Positions 39,469 through 51,063 are shown, counted from the first letter of the stretch. The stretch is DNA of 64,000 nt from Synechococcus sp. (GCA_047285805.1 JBJBCN010000002.1:160001-224000), one strand, 5' to 3'. Program-made: numbers and translations. The notes: generated by a model not told the origin, from the sequence alone.

Positions 39469-41442
39469 TCAGTTCTTGGCGGTGGGCGTGTAGGCGACCA
39501 GCTGCCAGCTGCCGTTTTGGCGGCCAAAGATATAGGTGTTGCGCAGCGTTATCTCTGGGGTGCGGCTAAGGATCTTGCCGCCACTGGTCTTGAGTTCGTC
39601 GCTATAGGTCATCGCTACCTGGGCGGCGATGCGCACCGGTGAGCGAGCGCTGATCTTGAAGCCGGTGATGCTGGTGGTCACCGTTTCCGTGGCGTCGCGC
39701 TGGCGGTTGGCCTGGCTCTGGCGCTGCAGCCGCTGGATCTGATTGGGACGGGCCAGATCCGACAGGCTCTCGCTCGGTGCACCGCCGGCGAGGACCGCGG
39801 CTTTTTCCTTGAGCCAGACCTCGAGCAGGTCCTGCAATTGCGTGGCGCTGGGGTCGGGATTGGTCAGGGGGAAGGGGGCCGCCTGGACAGGAGCAGCCGG
39901 AGCGGCAGCTTTTGGTTGGACGAGGGCCGCGACCTTTTCGCTGCTGGCGGCTTCAGGATCGCCACCGCGGGGCTTGAGAGCCATTAAGCCTCCAAGACCA
40001 ATCACGCCGATGGCGACGGCTGCACCAACGGGCATGCCCCAGCTGGGGAGCTCTTGGATTTGCTCCTGCAGGTTGCCCAGCAGCTCGGCCAGTCGCCCGC
40101 GGGAGCCATCCCACACCTCGTCGTCGTCCTCTTGGTCCTCACTGATCTCGAGGCTGGTTGGCGGCTCATTGCTGCCCGGCAGGTCGAAGTTCGGCCAGTC
40201 GCCAAAGCCCGTGCTGGTGTCCGTCGCCGCCGGCACCTCGAAACTGGGTTTGGCATTGAACTGGCGGCCGCGGATGCGGTCCTGTTGGTCGATGTAGGCC
40301 TGGACATCCCGGTCGGCGAACCAGGCATCGAGGTTCGCGTCGACATCGATGTCGCGGAAGCCCTCCAGCACCTCGCGGGTCAACCAGTCGCGGCAGTAGG
40401 CGCAGAGGCGAGCCAAGGGGTCATCTCCCTGCTCCATCGCCCATTGCTTCAGGGCGGCGTCGGCGCCCTCATCAAAGAAGCGCTCTGCTTCATCGACCTG
40501 ACCGAGCAGAAGTTGCTGACAGGAGAGGAAGACCTCGATCCCGGGCTGTCCGCTGATCTTGAGGCGTTCGTAGGCCTCGAGGATCCGTTCGGGTTTGCGC
40601 TGGGAGAAGCCCGAGGCCGTCAGGGCAAAGCTCGCGAGGAAGTCGGCGGTGGCGGAACCTCTATCGCCCCATCGGCTGAAGAGCTCGACTTGCTCTTGGG
40701 CCGTCAGGAACTGGCGGATCTGCTTGAAGAACGACTGGAACTCGCTTTGGGGGAAGGTCAGATCGGTGTGGCCCTCGAGGCCACCGCGCTGCTGCACCAG
40801 TTGCTCCAGCAGGGCGATGCCCTGTTGTCGGGAGCTGCTGGCGGAGAGGTCGCGGCTGATCAGATCGAGCACGCGATAGGGAAGCAGTTCCTTGAGGTCC
40901 TGCTCGAGCTTGCGCCGTTGCTCGGCCTGTTGGCCCATGCGTTGCAGCAGCTGCAGGCCCTGTTGCAGGGTCAGGGCGGCCGCTTCATAGCGGCGTTGGT
41001 CGCGGTAATCCCGGGCGGTGCTCTGGCAGGCCAGTCCGGCGAGCAGGGTCAGGTCGGCTTCGCGGCTGCTGCCCAGGGCGGGGGCTTGGGGCGGCTGCAG
41101 TCCGCGGGAGGCGCTATCGAAGGCTTCCTGGGATTGGCCGGCCTCCATTAAGAGCAGAAGACCACCGACTTCCCGGGACGGGGGGATCTCCAGGGCGGCG
41201 ATGGAGCCGTTGGCGTTGTCTGCGATAGCCGTCAGTTCCCGCTCGTAGGCCTGGCGGCGAGTCTCATCGCTCAGCAGGTCGGCGCTGGCTTCGAGCAGTT
41301 CGCCTCGGGCCTGGAGGGTGTCTTGGGTAAAGCCTTGGTCTGGAACGCGATCAAGCCGATGCTGCAAAGTCCGCAGCACGCTCTGCCGGTCGGAGCTGGC
41401 ATTCACGCCGAGCAGGCGGAAGTGGTCGATCGGCAGTTCCAA
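39469..41442 (-). CDS. ftn2: Cell division protein Ftn2/ARC6 (ZipN)
   Basis: ELPIDHFRLLGV J-like domain, TM segment, C-terminal IMS domain. Confidence 0.9.
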   Translation of the reverse strand: MELPIDHFRLLGVNASSDRQSVLRTLQHRLDRVPDQGFTQDTLQARGELLEASADLLSDETRRQAYERELTAIADNANGSIAALEIPPSREVGGLLLLMEAGQSQEAFDSASRGLQPPQAPALGSSREADLTLLAGLACQSTARDYRDQRRYEAAALTLQQGLQLLQRMGQQAEQRRKLEQDLKELLPYRVLDLISRDLSASSSRQQGIALLEQLVQQRGGLEGHTDLTFPQSEFQSFFKQIRQFLTAQEQVELFSRWGDRGSATADFLASFALTASGFSQRKPERILEAYERLKISGQPGIEVFLSCQQLLLGQVDEAERFFDEGADAALKQWAMEQGDDPLARLCAYCRDWLTREVLEGFRDIDVDANLDAWFADRDVQAYIDQQDRIRGRQFNAKPSFEVPAATDTSTGFGDWPNFDLPGSNEPPTSLEISEDQEDDDEVWDGSRGRLAELLGNLQEQIQELPSWGMPVGAAVAIGVIGLGGLMALKPRGGDPEAASSEKVAALVQPKAAAPAAPVQAAPFPLTNPDPSATQLQDLLEVWLKEKAAVLAGGAPSESLSDLARPNQIQRLQRQSQANRQRDATETVTTSITGFKISARSPVRIAAQVAMTYSDELKTSGGKILSRTPEITLRNTYIFGRQNGSWQLVAYTPTAKN

Positions 41443-41583
41443 ATTGAGCTCGGATTGGCGGGAGCTAATCGGACGTGACTGTAGGCAGAGTCTTCGGTTT
41501 TGGCCGTCCTTCGTGCACCTTTTGGAGATGGACCCCGTACAGTCAGGCCAGCACCAGAGTCCCCGGAGAGCAGGACCTCAGCA

Positions 41584-42693
41584 ATGACACAGGCCGATCT
41601 TGGACAGGGCGTGGCCACCAGTGGTGCTCCCTCCTGCTCCGCCGATGTCAATCAGGTCGGCTTGCACGCTGAGCGGCTGATGAGCCTCTATCCCTCTACT
41701 CCGGCAACGGTGACGCGGGATGAGGGCCTAATGCTTTACCGCGACATGACCCTTGGCCGGCGCTTTGAAGATAAGTGCGCCGAGATGTACTACCGCGGAA
41801 AGATGTTCGGCTTTGTTCATCTCTACAACGGCCAAGAGGCCGTGAGTACGGGGGTGATCAAGGCGATGAAGATGCAGCACGACTGGTTCTGCAGCACCTA
41901 CCGCGATCACGTTCACGCCCTGAGCTGCGGCGTGACGGCCCGGGAGGTTATGAGCGAGCTGTTCGGTAAGGAGACCGGCTGCAGCAAGGGCCGTGGCGGC
42001 TCCATGCACCTCTTCTCCAAGGAGCACCACCTTTTGGGTGGTTATGCCTTCATCGGTGAGGGCATTCCCGTGGCCCTGGGTGCGGCCTTCACCAGCCGCT
42101 ACAAGCGCGATGCCCTCGGCGACTCCAGCAGCGACGCCGTGACCGCGGCCTTCTTCGGCGACGGCACCTGCAACATTGGTCAATTCTACGAGTGCCTGAA
42201 CATGGCGGCGCTCTGGAAGCTGCCGATCATTTTCGTGGTCGAGAACAACAAGTGGGCCATCGGCATGGACCACAACCGCGCCACCAGTGACCCGGAGATC
42301 TGGCGTAAGGCGGCCGCCTTCGGGATGGCCGGCGAAGAAGTCGACGGCATGGATGTTTTGGCGGTACGGGGTGCAGCCCAGCGCGCGATCGAGCGGGCCC
42401 GCTCTGGTGAAGGTCCCACGGTGCTCGAGTGCCTGACCTACCGCTTCCGCGGCCACTCCCTGGCGGACCCCGACGAACTACGGGCGGAGGCCGAGAAGGA
42501 GTTCTGGGCCCAGCGTGATCCGATCAAGCGCCTGGCGGCTCACCTGATCGAGCACAACCTGGCGACGGTTGAGGAACTGAAGGCGATCGAGAAGGAGATT
42601 GACGCCGAGGTGGCCGATTGCGTCGAGTTCGCCCTGGCGGCTCCCGAGCCCAAGCCGGAAGAGCTCACCCGCTACATCTGGGCTGAGGACTGA
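41584..42693 (+). CDS. pdhA: Pyruvate dehydrogenase E1 alpha subunit
   Basis: [21 protein letters not shown]...NN, YRFRGHS. Confidence 0.98.
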   Translation: MTQADLGQGVATSGAPSCSADVNQVGLHAERLMSLYPSTPATVTRDEGLMLYRDMTLGRRFEDKCAEMYYRGKMFGFVHLYNGQEAVSTGVIKAMKMQHDWFCSTYRDHVHALSCGVTAREVMSELFGKETGCSKGRGGSMHLFSKEHHLLGGYAFIGEGIPVALGAAFTSRYKRDALGDSSSDAVTAAFFGDGTCNIGQFYECLNMAALWKLPIIFVVENNKWAIGMDHNRATSDPEIWRKAAAFGMAGEEVDGMDVLAVRGAAQRAIERARSGEGPTVLECLTYRFRGHSLADPDELRAEAEKEFWAQRDPIKRLAAHLIEHNLATVEELKAIEKEIDAEVADCVEFALAAPEPKPEELTRYIWAED

Positions 42694-42703
42694 TCTCCCG
42701 TTG

Positions 42704-43618
42704 TTAAAGCCCGTGTAAACGGGCTTGCTCGTTGGCGGCCCGGAAGACCAGGCCGTGGCGCCGCACGAGGGGTTTGAGTTCGTCGTAGCCACCGCCAATC
42801 ACCGTGGCGATTGGAATGTTGCGCCGCAGGCAGCTGTCCAGCACCAACCGGTCCCGGTTGAGCAGGCCGTGGTTGCTGAGTTGGAGTCGGCCGAGCCGGT
42901 CCTCACGGTGGGGGTCAACGCCGGCGTTGTAGAGCACTAAATCAGGTTGCTCTTGATCGAGCAGGGTTGGAATCAGATCGCCAATCGCCTCCAGATAGGC
43001 GTCGTCTCCGAGGCCATCGTCTAAGGCCAGGTCGACATCGCTTTGTTTTTTGCGCAGCGGAAAGTTACTGCCGCAGTGCACCGAGAGGGTGAAGACCCTG
43101 GGCTCGTCGGCAAAGATCACGGCGGTGGCATCCCCCTGGTGCACATCCAGGTCGATCACCATCAGTCGCTGCACCTGCCCTTCGGCCAGCAGGACCTGGG
43201 CGGTAACCGCGCAGTCGTTGAAGATGCAGAAGCCGCTGCCGTGGTCGGGGTAGGCGTGGTGGGTGCCTCCGGCCAGGTGGCAGGATACACCGTGCTCCAG
43301 GGCCAGCCTGGCCGTCAGCAGGGATCCGCCCACCGCCAGCCAGGTGCGTTGCACCAAGGGGGTCGTGGCCGGTAGGCCTATGCGGCGCTGCTCAGCTGGC
43401 AGCAGCTCACCGCGGGCGAAGGCCTGGTGGTACCGGCGGTTATGGGTGAGCTCAAGCCAGCGCCTGGGTACTGGCAGCGGGCGATGGATTTGCTCGTCCC
43501 GCGCAATCCCCTGTTCCTCCAGCAGGGTGCGGAGGAGTTTGAACTTCGCCATCGGGAATCGATGGCTACTGGGCAAGGGGGCCGAGTAGGCCGGGTGGTA
43601 TACGAGCGGCAGGCGCAC
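42704..43618 (-). CDS. Histone deacetylase family protein
   Basis: GGTHHA, GFCIFND, DLDVHQGD, GGGY. Confidence 0.95.
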   Translation of the reverse strand: MRLPLVYHPAYSAPLPSSHRFPMAKFKLLRTLLEEQGIARDEQIHRPLPVPRRWLELTHNRRYHQAFARGELLPAEQRRIGLPATTPLVQRTWLAVGGSLLTARLALEHGVSCHLAGGTHHAYPDHGSGFCIFNDCAVTAQVLLAEGQVQRLMVIDLDVHQGDATAVIFADEPRVFTLSVHCGSNFPLRKKQSDVDLALDDGLGDDAYLEAIGDLIPTLLDQEQPDLVLYNAGVDPHREDRLGRLQLSNHGLLNRDRLVLDSCLRRNIPIATVIGGGYDELKPLVRRHGLVFRAANEQARLHGL

Positions 43619-43627
43619 CGGGCGTGA

Positions 43628-43798
43628 TCAGTCCTCGTCGCCGTCGAACTCTTCGTCGAAGAGGGTGTCCCGCAGCAGACGGTCGACGAGCAGCCCCATG
43701 TCATCGAGCTGGAGTTGCTGCATCAGCAGCTCGAGTTCTTTGATCACCGGCTCCGAGAGCCGCAGGGTGATCGGAAGGGTGTCTTCTCCGCCGAGCAT
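43628..43798 (-). CDS. 56-aa protein, ribbon-helix-helix-like
   Basis: Manual translation MLGGEDTLPITLRLSEPVIKELELLMQQLQLDDMGLLVDRLLRDTLFDEEFDGDED. Confidence 0.6.
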   Translation of the reverse strand: MLGGEDTLPITLRLSEPVIKELELLMQQLQLDDMGLLVDRLLRDTLFDEEFDGDED

Positions 43799-43869
43799 TG
43801 CGGGTGAGCGCTAAGTCAACCAAGTCTGGCGGAAACGGGGCTACAAAGGAGTGCAATCAAGGGATCGCG

Positions 43870-44094
43870 ATGGCTCCGGTTTGGCTGGTGATTTTGTTTT
43901 GGTCCGGGTCCGTCCATGGCGGCACCGCCATGCAAACGCTGCCGATGAAGACCTTCGCCGACTGCCAGAAGTCCCGCGACATGCTGATGGCCCAGCTCAA
44001 GACGAGCCGGGTAAGCAAGAGCAAGGCCCTCAATAGTTTCTGCATTTCTGGATCCGAGCTGCCAGTGGCGGCAGCCTCGGTTCCCGAGTCCTAG
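43870..44094 (+). CDS. Small hypothetical protein
   Basis: Hydrophobic N-terminus, two Cys. Confidence 0.55.
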   Translation: MAPVWLVILFWSGSVHGGTAMQTLPMKTFADCQKSRDMLMAQLKTSRVSKSKALNSFCISGSELPVAAASVPES

Positions 44095-45023
44095 ATCGCG
44101 GTCGGCACTCGCCGGGTGAGGTGGCGCAGCTTGCGCAGGGCCTTGAGCTCCACCTGGCGCACTCGCTCGCGGGAGACCTCGAGCATGCGGCCGATTTCAG
44201 CGAGGGTGTGGCGATCCTCGCCTTCGAGGCCAAAGCGCAGTTCCAGTACCTGACGCTCTTGGTCGGTCAGGTGCGTGAGCCAGCGGCCGAGCTGCTCCTG
44301 ATGGATGCCGCGCTCCACCTGATCGAGGGGTTCGCTGTTGGTCTGATCGGCAATCAGCTCTCCCAGGAAACTGCGGCCCTCTTCGCCATTGACCGGGGCA
44401 TCCAGGCTGGAGGTGGTGAGGGCCTGGCGCAGTAGCGAGTCGAGCTCGTCGAGGGGCATGTCCATCTCTTCCGCAATCTCCTTGCGGCTGGGCATGGCGC
44501 CGAGTTTGTGGGCAAGCTCGAGGCTGACCTTGCGGATCGCGGTCAGTCGTTCGGAGAGATGGACCGGCAGGCGGATGGTGCGGGACTGACAGGCGATGGC
44601 CCGCGTCATGCTCTGGCGGATCCACCAGAAGGCATAGGTCGAGAACTTGTAGCCGCGGGTCGGATCAAATTTCTCGACCGCGCGCTCGAGGCCTAGGGAA
44701 CCCTCCTGGATTAGATCGAGGAGCTCTAGGCCTTTGCCTTGGTATTTCTTGGCGACGCTGACGACGAGTCGCAGGTTGGCCTTCATCATCCGCTCTTTGG
44801 AGCGGCGGCCGACCCGCATGATCTTTTTCTCGTGAGTTGTATAACTGTCGCCTTTGTCTTCTTCGGCAAGCCGCATCATGGTCTGCACTTGATTACCCAG
44901 TTCAATCTCTTCGGCGGGAGTCAACAGAGGAACCCGGCCAATTGTCGAGAGGTACCAACTAATTGGATCGCTACTGCGGCGACGACTAGCGCTGTTGGCG
45001 TTGGAGCTGGCGGCGGGTGCCAT
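44091..45023 (-). CDS. Group 2 sigma-70 factor (RpoD/SigA family)
   Basis: ANLRLVVSVAKKY, DLIQEG, KFSTYAFWWIRQ, SRERVRQ. Confidence 0.96.
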   Translation of the reverse strand: MAPAASSNANSASRRRSSDPISWYLSTIGRVPLLTPAEEIELGNQVQTMMRLAEEDKGDSYTTHEKKIMRVGRRSKERMMKANLRLVVSVAKKYQGKGLELLDLIQEGSLGLERAVEKFDPTRGYKFSTYAFWWIRQSMTRAIACQSRTIRLPVHLSERLTAIRKVSLELAHKLGAMPSRKEIAEEMDMPLDELDSLLRQALTTSSLDAPVNGEEGRSFLGELIADQTNSEPLDQVERGIHQEQLGRWLTHLTDQERQVLELRFGLEGEDRHTLAEIGRMLEVSRERVRQVELKALRKLRHLTRRVPTAI

Positions 45024-45153
45024 GGGCTCCTCCTGAAAGGTGGGAAAAATCTCTTACGGGTTTTTTTGAAACCCTTGGGATTTCAGTAACGCTTCAGCTT
45101 TGAGATACGAAAGATCACATCACTTTTGAGACTCGTTTCCACCACTGGGCTGT

Positions 45154-46746
45154 TCAGATTCTGTTAATAACTGTGTATTGTGTTTTTCTCACAACCGCGG
45201 CCAACATTTCGGCAACCCGGCTTGGTGTGGCCCCTCCTGGGCCGTGCTGTTCGCTGGCCTTTTGACCGGCCGTGGCATGGGCGAGGGCGGCGAGCGCCAG
45301 CAAGGATCCATCGGCGGGGAGTCCGCTCGCTTGGGCCAGGGCGCCGAGCCCTCCGGCGTATCCCGCCAGGACATCCCCAAGTCCTGCCCGGGCGGCATCG
45401 GGGCAGGCGCTGCTGAGCTGCCAGCGCGCGCCCGCTGGATCAGCGATCACGCTGCGGGCCCCTTTGAGCAGTACGGCGCAACCGCTCTGCTCGGCGGCCG
45501 CGGCGCAGGCCTCCAGGGGAGCTCGCCCGGAGAGATCCGGGAAGAGCCGTTGGAATTCGCCGCTATGGGGGGTCAGCCAGGTGGGGCCGCGCCGGCTCGT
45601 TAGCCAAGGCAAGGCGGGCCGCTGGGCGAGGCGATTGAGGCCATCGGCATCGAGCACCAGCAGGCCCGGGAAGGTCTGGAGCTGCCCCCAGATCCCGTCG
45701 TCTTCAGGGTGTTGGCCGATGCCCGGGCCGAGGACCACCGCATCGACTCGCTCCAGGGCTGAGGGTGGCAGCGGACGGAGATCAAGTGATCCATCGCTGT
45801 GGCTGGGGAGCTTGGCCGCGAGAACGGCGTGGGGCAGTTGGTTCCAGAGCTGATCGGCCACCGCCTCGGGCAGGGCCGCTCGAAGGCTTCCGAGGCCACT
45901 GGCGCTGGCCCCCAATAGGCTAAGCAGGGCCGCGCCACGGTAGGCATCGCTGCCGGCCAGCAGCAGCAGGCGCCCCCGCTGATACTTCGTCGCCGCGGCG
46001 GCTCTCGTTGGCCAAGGGGCCGTGCTTAGGTCCGCTGCCCTCAGCCGCCTGGGCTGACTCGGGGGCAGGGCCTCGAGGAGCGGGGCAGGAAGCCCAAGTT
46101 CGATGCGCTCCAGCTCCCCCACCCAGGCCAGGGCCCGGTCCTGCAAGAAGCCCTGTTTGATAAGGCCGATGCTAAAGGTCCTTTGGGCGGTGGCGGCGAC
46201 GTGCCCCAAGGGCTCGCCGCGATCGGCGCAGAGTCCTGTGGGGCCGTCGATGGCGATCAGGCGATGCGGTTGCTGCCGCTCGCGCTCCAGGAGAAGTGGC
46301 TCGAGCTCACCCTCCGGCGGCCGGCTTTGGCCGATGCCAAAGAGGGCATCGATCCAGAGGGCTGGATCCCCGGGCTCGGGCGGTGCCTTCAGTTGGGGGA
46401 TCCTCAGCCAGAGGGCCTGGCGCAGGTGGCTTTCTGTGAGGGGTTTGCGCCGCTCAAAGGGGCACCAGATCCGCACGGCGATGCCGGCCAGGTGTAGCTC
46501 ACGGGCGATCACGAGGCCATCGCCGCCGTTGTGGCCGGGGCCTACCAGCACGATCGCCCCATCCGCCTGGAGTGGCGACCAGCAGTCCGGCTCCTGCAGC
46601 CGCCGGCTGACGGCCAACGCGGCCTTTTCCATCAGCGCCTCCACGGGCATGCCGTTGGCGAAGAGCACCTGCTCGAGCTCGGCCATCTGCGCGCCGCTCA
46701 CTAAGAGGTGGTCGGCGTCGCGGGGGGGCCAACAGGGCGGGGCCAA
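45154..46746 (-). CDS. nnr: NAD(P)HX epimerase/dehydratase
   Basis: GPGHNGGDG, DALFGIG, GPGIG, DADG, TPH..EF, G.GDVLAG; start approximate. Confidence 0.92.
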   Translation of the reverse strand: MAPPCWPPRDADHLLVSGAQMAELEQVLFANGMPVEALMEKAALAVSRRLQEPDCWSPLQADGAIVLVGPGHNGGDGLVIARELHLAGIAVRIWCPFERRKPLTESHLRQALWLRIPQLKAPPEPGDPALWIDALFGIGQSRPPEGELEPLLLERERQQPHRLIAIDGPTGLCADRGEPLGHVAATAQRTFSIGLIKQGFLQDRALAWVGELERIELGLPAPLLEALPPSQPRRLRAADLSTAPWPTRAAAATKYQRGRLLLLAGSDAYRGAALLSLLGASASGLGSLRAALPEAVADQLWNQLPHAVLAAKLPSHSDGSLDLRPLPPSALERVDAVVLGPGIGQHPEDDGIWGQLQTFPGLLVLDADGLNRLAQRPALPWLTSRRGPTWLTPHSGEFQRLFPDLSGRAPLEACAAAAEQSGCAVLLKGARSVIADPAGARWQLSSACPDAARAGLGDVLAGYAGGLGALAQASGLPADGSLLALAALAHATAGQKASEQHGPGGATPSRVAEMLAAVVRKTQYTVINRI

Positions 46747-46840
46747 AACGGCACTGGCGGCTGCAGTTCCATGATGGAGAGAACAGCCACTGTTGGCATT
46801 GGCGCGCTTCTCCGCTGTTCCCGTTGTATCTGAGGCCTCC

Positions 46841-47992
46841 GTGGCGGCAACGGAGGCGGGTGCCTTGGCGATCGAGCGCCTGCGCCAGTGGCCCGGCGAA
46901 CACCGGGTGGCGGTCGGTCTCTCCGGTGGTGTCGATAGCTCCTTGACCGCGGCCCTCTTGGTGGAGGCCGGTTGGGAGGTGGAGGGTCTGACCCTCTGGT
47001 TGATGAGCGGCAAGGGGGCCTGCTGCGCCGAAGGTCTCGTCGACGCCGCCGGGGTCTGCGAGCAGCTCGAGGTGCCGCACCACGTGGTGGATTTCCGCGA
47101 GCACTTCAAGGAGCAGATCGTTGATTTCTTGGTGCAGGGGTACGAGGCCGGCGTCACACCGCTGCCTTGCTCCCGCTGCAACCGCGAAGTGAAGTTTGGG
47201 CCGATGCTCCAGTGGGCCAAAGAGGAGCGCGGCATTGAGCGGATCGCGACCGGCCACTACGCCCGGGTACGCCATGGGGACCAGAGCGAGAACGGCCGCC
47301 ACCAGTTGCTGCGGGGCCTCGATCAACATAAAGACCAGAGCTATTTCCTCTATGACCTGCCCCAGCAGGCCTTGAGTCGTCTGGTCTTTCCCCTGGGGGA
47401 GCTGACCAAGCCCAACACACGCCTAGAGGCCGATCGCCACGGGCTGCGGACGGCGCAGAAGCCAGAAAGCCAGGACCTCTGCCTGGCGGATCACCACGGC
47501 TCGATGAAGGCCTTCCTGGACGCCTACCTGCCGCCGCGCCCCGGGCAGATCGTGCTAGCCGATGGCCAGGTGGTGGGCGAGCACGACGGCATTGAGCACT
47601 TCACGATTGGCCAGCGCAAGGGGCTGGGGGTGGCCTGGAGTGAGCCGCTGCATGTCGTGCGTCTGGATGGGGCGATGAACCAGGTGGTGGTGGCCCCCCG
47701 CCGGGATGCGGCTCGCGGCGACGCGGTAGTGGGGGCGGTGAATTGGGTTTCCATCGCGCCACCCACCGAGCCGCTCGAGGTGGAGGTGCAGGTGCGCTAC
47801 CGCAGCTGCCCCCAGAAGGCCCGGCTGATTCCCCTGCCGGAAACCGAGGCCGATCGGGCGGCGGATCGCCCGCATCGCTGCCGCCTGAAGTTCGCCGAGG
47901 AGCAGTTCTCGATCACCCCGGGCCAGGCGGCGGTCTTCTACGCCGATGAGATGGTCCTGGGCGGCGGCTTAATTCAGCGCGATCACCAGTAG
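46841..47992 (+). CDS. mnmA: tRNA 2-thiouridylase
   Basis: SGGVDS, PC..CN, ATGHY, KDQSYFL, TPGQ; start approximate. Confidence 0.97.
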   Translation: MAATEAGALAIERLRQWPGEHRVAVGLSGGVDSSLTAALLVEAGWEVEGLTLWLMSGKGACCAEGLVDAAGVCEQLEVPHHVVDFREHFKEQIVDFLVQGYEAGVTPLPCSRCNREVKFGPMLQWAKEERGIERIATGHYARVRHGDQSENGRHQLLRGLDQHKDQSYFLYDLPQQALSRLVFPLGELTKPNTRLEADRHGLRTAQKPESQDLCLADHHGSMKAFLDAYLPPRPGQIVLADGQVVGEHDGIEHFTIGQRKGLGVAWSEPLHVVRLDGAMNQVVVAPRRDAARGDAVVGAVNWVSIAPPTEPLEVEVQVRYRSCPQKARLIPLPETEADRAADRPHRCRLKFAEEQFSITPGQAAVFYADEMVLGGGLIQRDHQ

Positions 47993-48222
47993 GGGTCGCT
48001 GGAGAGTTCCACCTCGATCGCTCCGCTCTTGCTGGTGGGCACGGTGGCGATGCAGGCGCGCACGGTGTTGCCGTTGACCTCGATCTCGCAGGCGCCGCAA
48101 CTTCCGCCGAGGCAGCCGGTGGGAATCGAGAAGCCAGCCTGCCGCGCGGCCTCCAGCCAGTCGGACCCCACGACCGCCTGGGTGCTGGAGCCGTTCGACC
48201 ATTGGATCTGTACCTGTTTCAT
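47983..48222 (-). CDS. 2Fe-2S ferredoxin-like protein
   Basis: CLGGSCGAC...C; ATGA overlap with cobQ. Confidence 0.9.
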   Translation of the reverse strand: MKQVQIQWSNGSSTQAVVGSDWLEAARQAGFSIPTGCLGGSCGACEIEVNGNTVRACIATVPTSKSGAIEVELSSDPYW

Positions 48223-49697
48223 CGCAGCAGGGGCTCCAGGTTGACGTGCTGCTCGAAGGCATCGGCGAGGCGAGCGAGCAGGGCTTCCCGCTGACGGCTG
48301 TGGTGGGGTTGTCGTTCGCTGAGTAGTGGCAACCCTTTGCGCGCTCTGAGCTGGTTGAGCCAGCGCCGACGCCAAACGCCGCTCTCGAAGACCCCGTGCA
48401 GGTAGGTCCCAACAACGTTCCCCGCGACCCAGCCCAGGCCCGGTTCGGCGGCGAGGGCCGTGCAGGGCTCGAGTTCCGAGGTCGCCCCGCGGTGAAGCTC
48501 AAAGCCCTCTAGCAGGGCGGCCTCAGCAGCGTGTGGCCAGAGGGTCGGGCTGCTGCATTGGCGTAGGGCCTTGGCGTCTCCAAAGGTGGTGCGCAGTGGT
48601 AGCAGGTTGAGGCCGGCGTGGCTGGAGCCGGCACCACCTTCGAGGCCCTGTGGGTCGTGGAGTTCGCGCCCCAGCAGTTGCATGCCGCCGCAGATGCCCA
48701 GGACCGCTCCGCCCCGCTGGGCGTAAGCCGAGAGCTGCTCCCCCAGACCGCTGCTCTGCAGCGCGCCGAGGTCCCGCAGGGTTTGCTTACTGCCTGGCAC
48801 CACCACCGCGTCGGGGCTGCCGAGGTCCTGGCCAGGGGCAATCCAGTTCAGCTGGATCGTGGGCTCGGCCTCGAGGGGATCGAGGTCGGAGAAGTTGCTC
48901 AGGGAGGGGAGCTTGAGCACGGTGATTTCGAGCTCGGCTTCGCGTTTGCGGCCGCGGCGCTCGAGCAGATCGAGGGAGTCCTCCGGCGGAAAGAGTTCAT
49001 CAAGCCAGGGCATAACCCCGAGCACGGGGATGCCGGTGTTGGCCTCGAGCCAGCGGCGGCCCTCATCGAAGAGCTCGCGGCGACCGCGGAAGCGGTTGAT
49101 CAGCAGGCCGCGGATCAGGGGGCGCTCCACGGGACGGAGCAGGGCCAGGGTCCCGACTAACTGGGCAAAGACGCCGCCCCGCTCGATGTCAGCCACGAGG
49201 ATGCAGCGGGCCCGCAGGTACTGCGCCAGGCGGAGGTTGGTGAGGTCTCGGGATTGCAGGTTGACCTCGACAGGACTGCCGGCCCCTTCCAACACGAGCC
49301 GACCGCCGGGATGACTTGCCTGCAGATCGCCCAGGCCCTGGCGGATGGCGGCCCAGCCCGGCCGGAACCAATCGCGGTAATAGTTCTCGGCGCGGCAGCT
49401 GCCGACCGACTGCCCGAGGTGAATGACTTCACTGGTGCTGTCCCCTTGGGGTTTGAGCAGCACCGGGTTCATCGCGCAGGCGGGCTCAAGTCCCGCCGCC
49501 CATGACTGCAGCGCCTGGGAGTAGGCCATCTCGCCGCCGGCCTGGTCCACCCAGGCGTTGTTGCTCATGTTCTGCCCCTTGAAGGGCAGGGGCGTCTCAC
49601 CCCGGCGCCGCAACACCCGGCAGATGGCGGCCGTCATCAGGGACTTGCCGGCACCGCTGCTGGTGCCGAGCACCATCAAGGGGTTGGGGTTGCTCAA
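48219..49697 (-). CDS. cobQ: Cobyric acid synthase
   Basis: [32 protein letters not shown]. Confidence 0.96.
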   Translation of the reverse strand: MSNPNPLMVLGTSSGAGKSLMTAAICRVLRRRGETPLPFKGQNMSNNAWVDQAGGEMAYSQALQSWAAGLEPACAMNPVLLKPQGDSTSEVIHLGQSVGSCRAENYYRDWFRPGWAAIRQGLGDLQASHPGGRLVLEGAGSPVEVNLQSRDLTNLRLAQYLRARCILVADIERGGVFAQLVGTLALLRPVERPLIRGLLINRFRGRRELFDEGRRWLEANTGIPVLGVMPWLDELFPPEDSLDLLERRGRKREAELEITVLKLPSLSNFSDLDPLEAEPTIQLNWIAPGQDLGSPDAVVVPGSKQTLRDLGALQSSGLGEQLSAYAQRGGAVLGICGGMQLLGRELHDPQGLEGGAGSSHAGLNLLPLRTTFGDAKALRQCSSPTLWPHAAEAALLEGFELHRGATSELEPCTALAAEPGLGWVAGNVVGTYLHGVFESGVWRRRWLNQLRARKGLPLLSERQPHHSRQREALLARLADAFEQHVNLEPLLR

Positions 49698-50071
49698 AGC
49701 CTCGGCCAGTGCTGCTTGACCCAGTGGCGCAGGCGGGAGGGGAGGCTGGCGCGGGGGATCTCCCCGGACCACTCCGAGAGGACGACTCGGCCCAGGGGTG
49801 TGAGGCGGACCCGTTCGGTCAGGCCCTGGCCATCGACCTCACGGCGGAGCACGCCGAGCTGGATGAGCCAGATGAGCAGGTCTTCGCAGTGGTTGGTGGA
49901 GAGGCGCTTTTGGCTGAGAACCGACCAATCCGCGCGGGCGGCGAGCTGGGTGCTGCTGAGGGCCTCCTGCTCGAGTTCCTCGTAAAAGCGGCGCAGAAGG
50001 GGGAGGCAGCGCACGGCCCGCTTAGCCCGGACCAAGGCCCGTTGCTCCTGCTGGCTAAGGCGGGGCTGCAT
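49694..50071 (-). CDS. Npun_F0494-like cyanobacterial protein
   Basis: [26 protein letters not shown]. Confidence 0.85.
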   Translation of the reverse strand: MQPRLSQQEQRALVRAKRAVRCLPLLRRFYEELEQEALSSTQLAARADWSVLSQKRLSTNHCEDLLIWLIQLGVLRREVDGQGLTERVRLTPLGRVVLSEWSGEIPRASLPSRLRHWVKQHWPRL

Positions 50072-50164
50072 CAACAGGTGCGCTGGGATTTGATCATTCT
50101 GGTCATCGGCCGGGCCGGGCAGCCGCGCACCGTTGCCAGAGTGGTCCCAGCTCAAGGACTAGCT

Positions 50165-50725
50165 GTGCTGCTGTTGGCCTCTGCCTCCCCCGCCCGCCGG
50201 CGATTGCTGGAGCAGGCCGCGATTCCGCACCGCGTGCAGGTCAGCGGGGTCGATGAGGAGGTCATCCACAACCTCGACCCGGCGCAGTTGGTGCAGCTCT
50301 TGGCCCAGGCCAAGGCGGGCGCGGTGCTTCAGGGCGGGATCTCTGCTGAGATTTCAGCGGTTCTGGGCTGCGATTCGGTACTGGCCTTTGAGGGGGAGGT
50401 CTTTGGTAAACCGGATGGTCCGCAGGAAGCTATCGCCCGCTGGCAGCGGATGCGAGGGGCCTGGGGTGAGCTCCACACCGGCCACGCCTTGCTTAATCCA
50501 GCCGGGGGAGAGCGGCTGACAACGGTGACCACGCGCGTCCTCTTTGCTGAGCTGAGCGACGCCGAAATCGAGGCCTATGTGGCCACCGGTGAACCGCTGC
50601 AGTGCGCCGGTGGTTTTGCCCTTGAGGGCCGCGGCGGCAGCCTGGTGGAGCGCCTCGATGGGTGTTTCTCCAACGTCATTGGTCTGAGCCTGCCCCTGCT
50701 GAGGCAGTGGTTGTGGGCGGCCTGA
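50165..50725 (+). CDS. maf: Maf-family nucleoside triphosphate pyrophosphatase
   Basis: [25 protein letters not shown]. Confidence 0.93.
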   Translation: MLLLASASPARRRLLEQAAIPHRVQVSGVDEEVIHNLDPAQLVQLLAQAKAGAVLQGGISAEISAVLGCDSVLAFEGEVFGKPDGPQEAIARWQRMRGAWGELHTGHALLNPAGGERLTTVTTRVLFAELSDAEIEAYVATGEPLQCAGGFALEGRGGSLVERLDGCFSNVIGLSLPLLRQWLWAA

Positions 50726-50790
50726 AGCCTTGCCGAAACCCACTGTTGCCATTTTTCTTTCGCCGTAACTATCGCGAAGACAAGGCCCTC

Positions 50791-51063
50791 CTTACACCCC
50801 AGGCCATTAAGACCTTCGCGCTTGCAGCTGCATACAGCCTCCTCGTTGGTAGCGCGCTGATGCTGAATGCCAACGCGATGGTGCCGATCCAGCTCTCGAT
50901 GGCTCTGCCGACCGCTGACCACGGACTCCTGGATGAGTAGGCCTCCATGGAGGACGCCTCGGCCCGTTACAGCCTGGAAGTGGCTGATCATGAGTCTCTG
51001 CCCCTGGAGTTCAAGAAGCCCTCGGGTCCCAAGGGCTACAACCTCCTCAACCTGAGCTTCTGA
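50791..51063 (+). pseudogene. Probable pseudogene of a small secreted protein
   Basis: Signal-peptide-like segment ending ANA without a standard start; in-frame TAG at 50938; frame continues to ...YNLLNLSF-stop. Confidence 0.4.

Noticed and set aside
45100..45125. CRP- or NtcA-like site upstream of the sigma factor
   Set aside because: Only a TCACA half-site is present; the other half does not match either consensus
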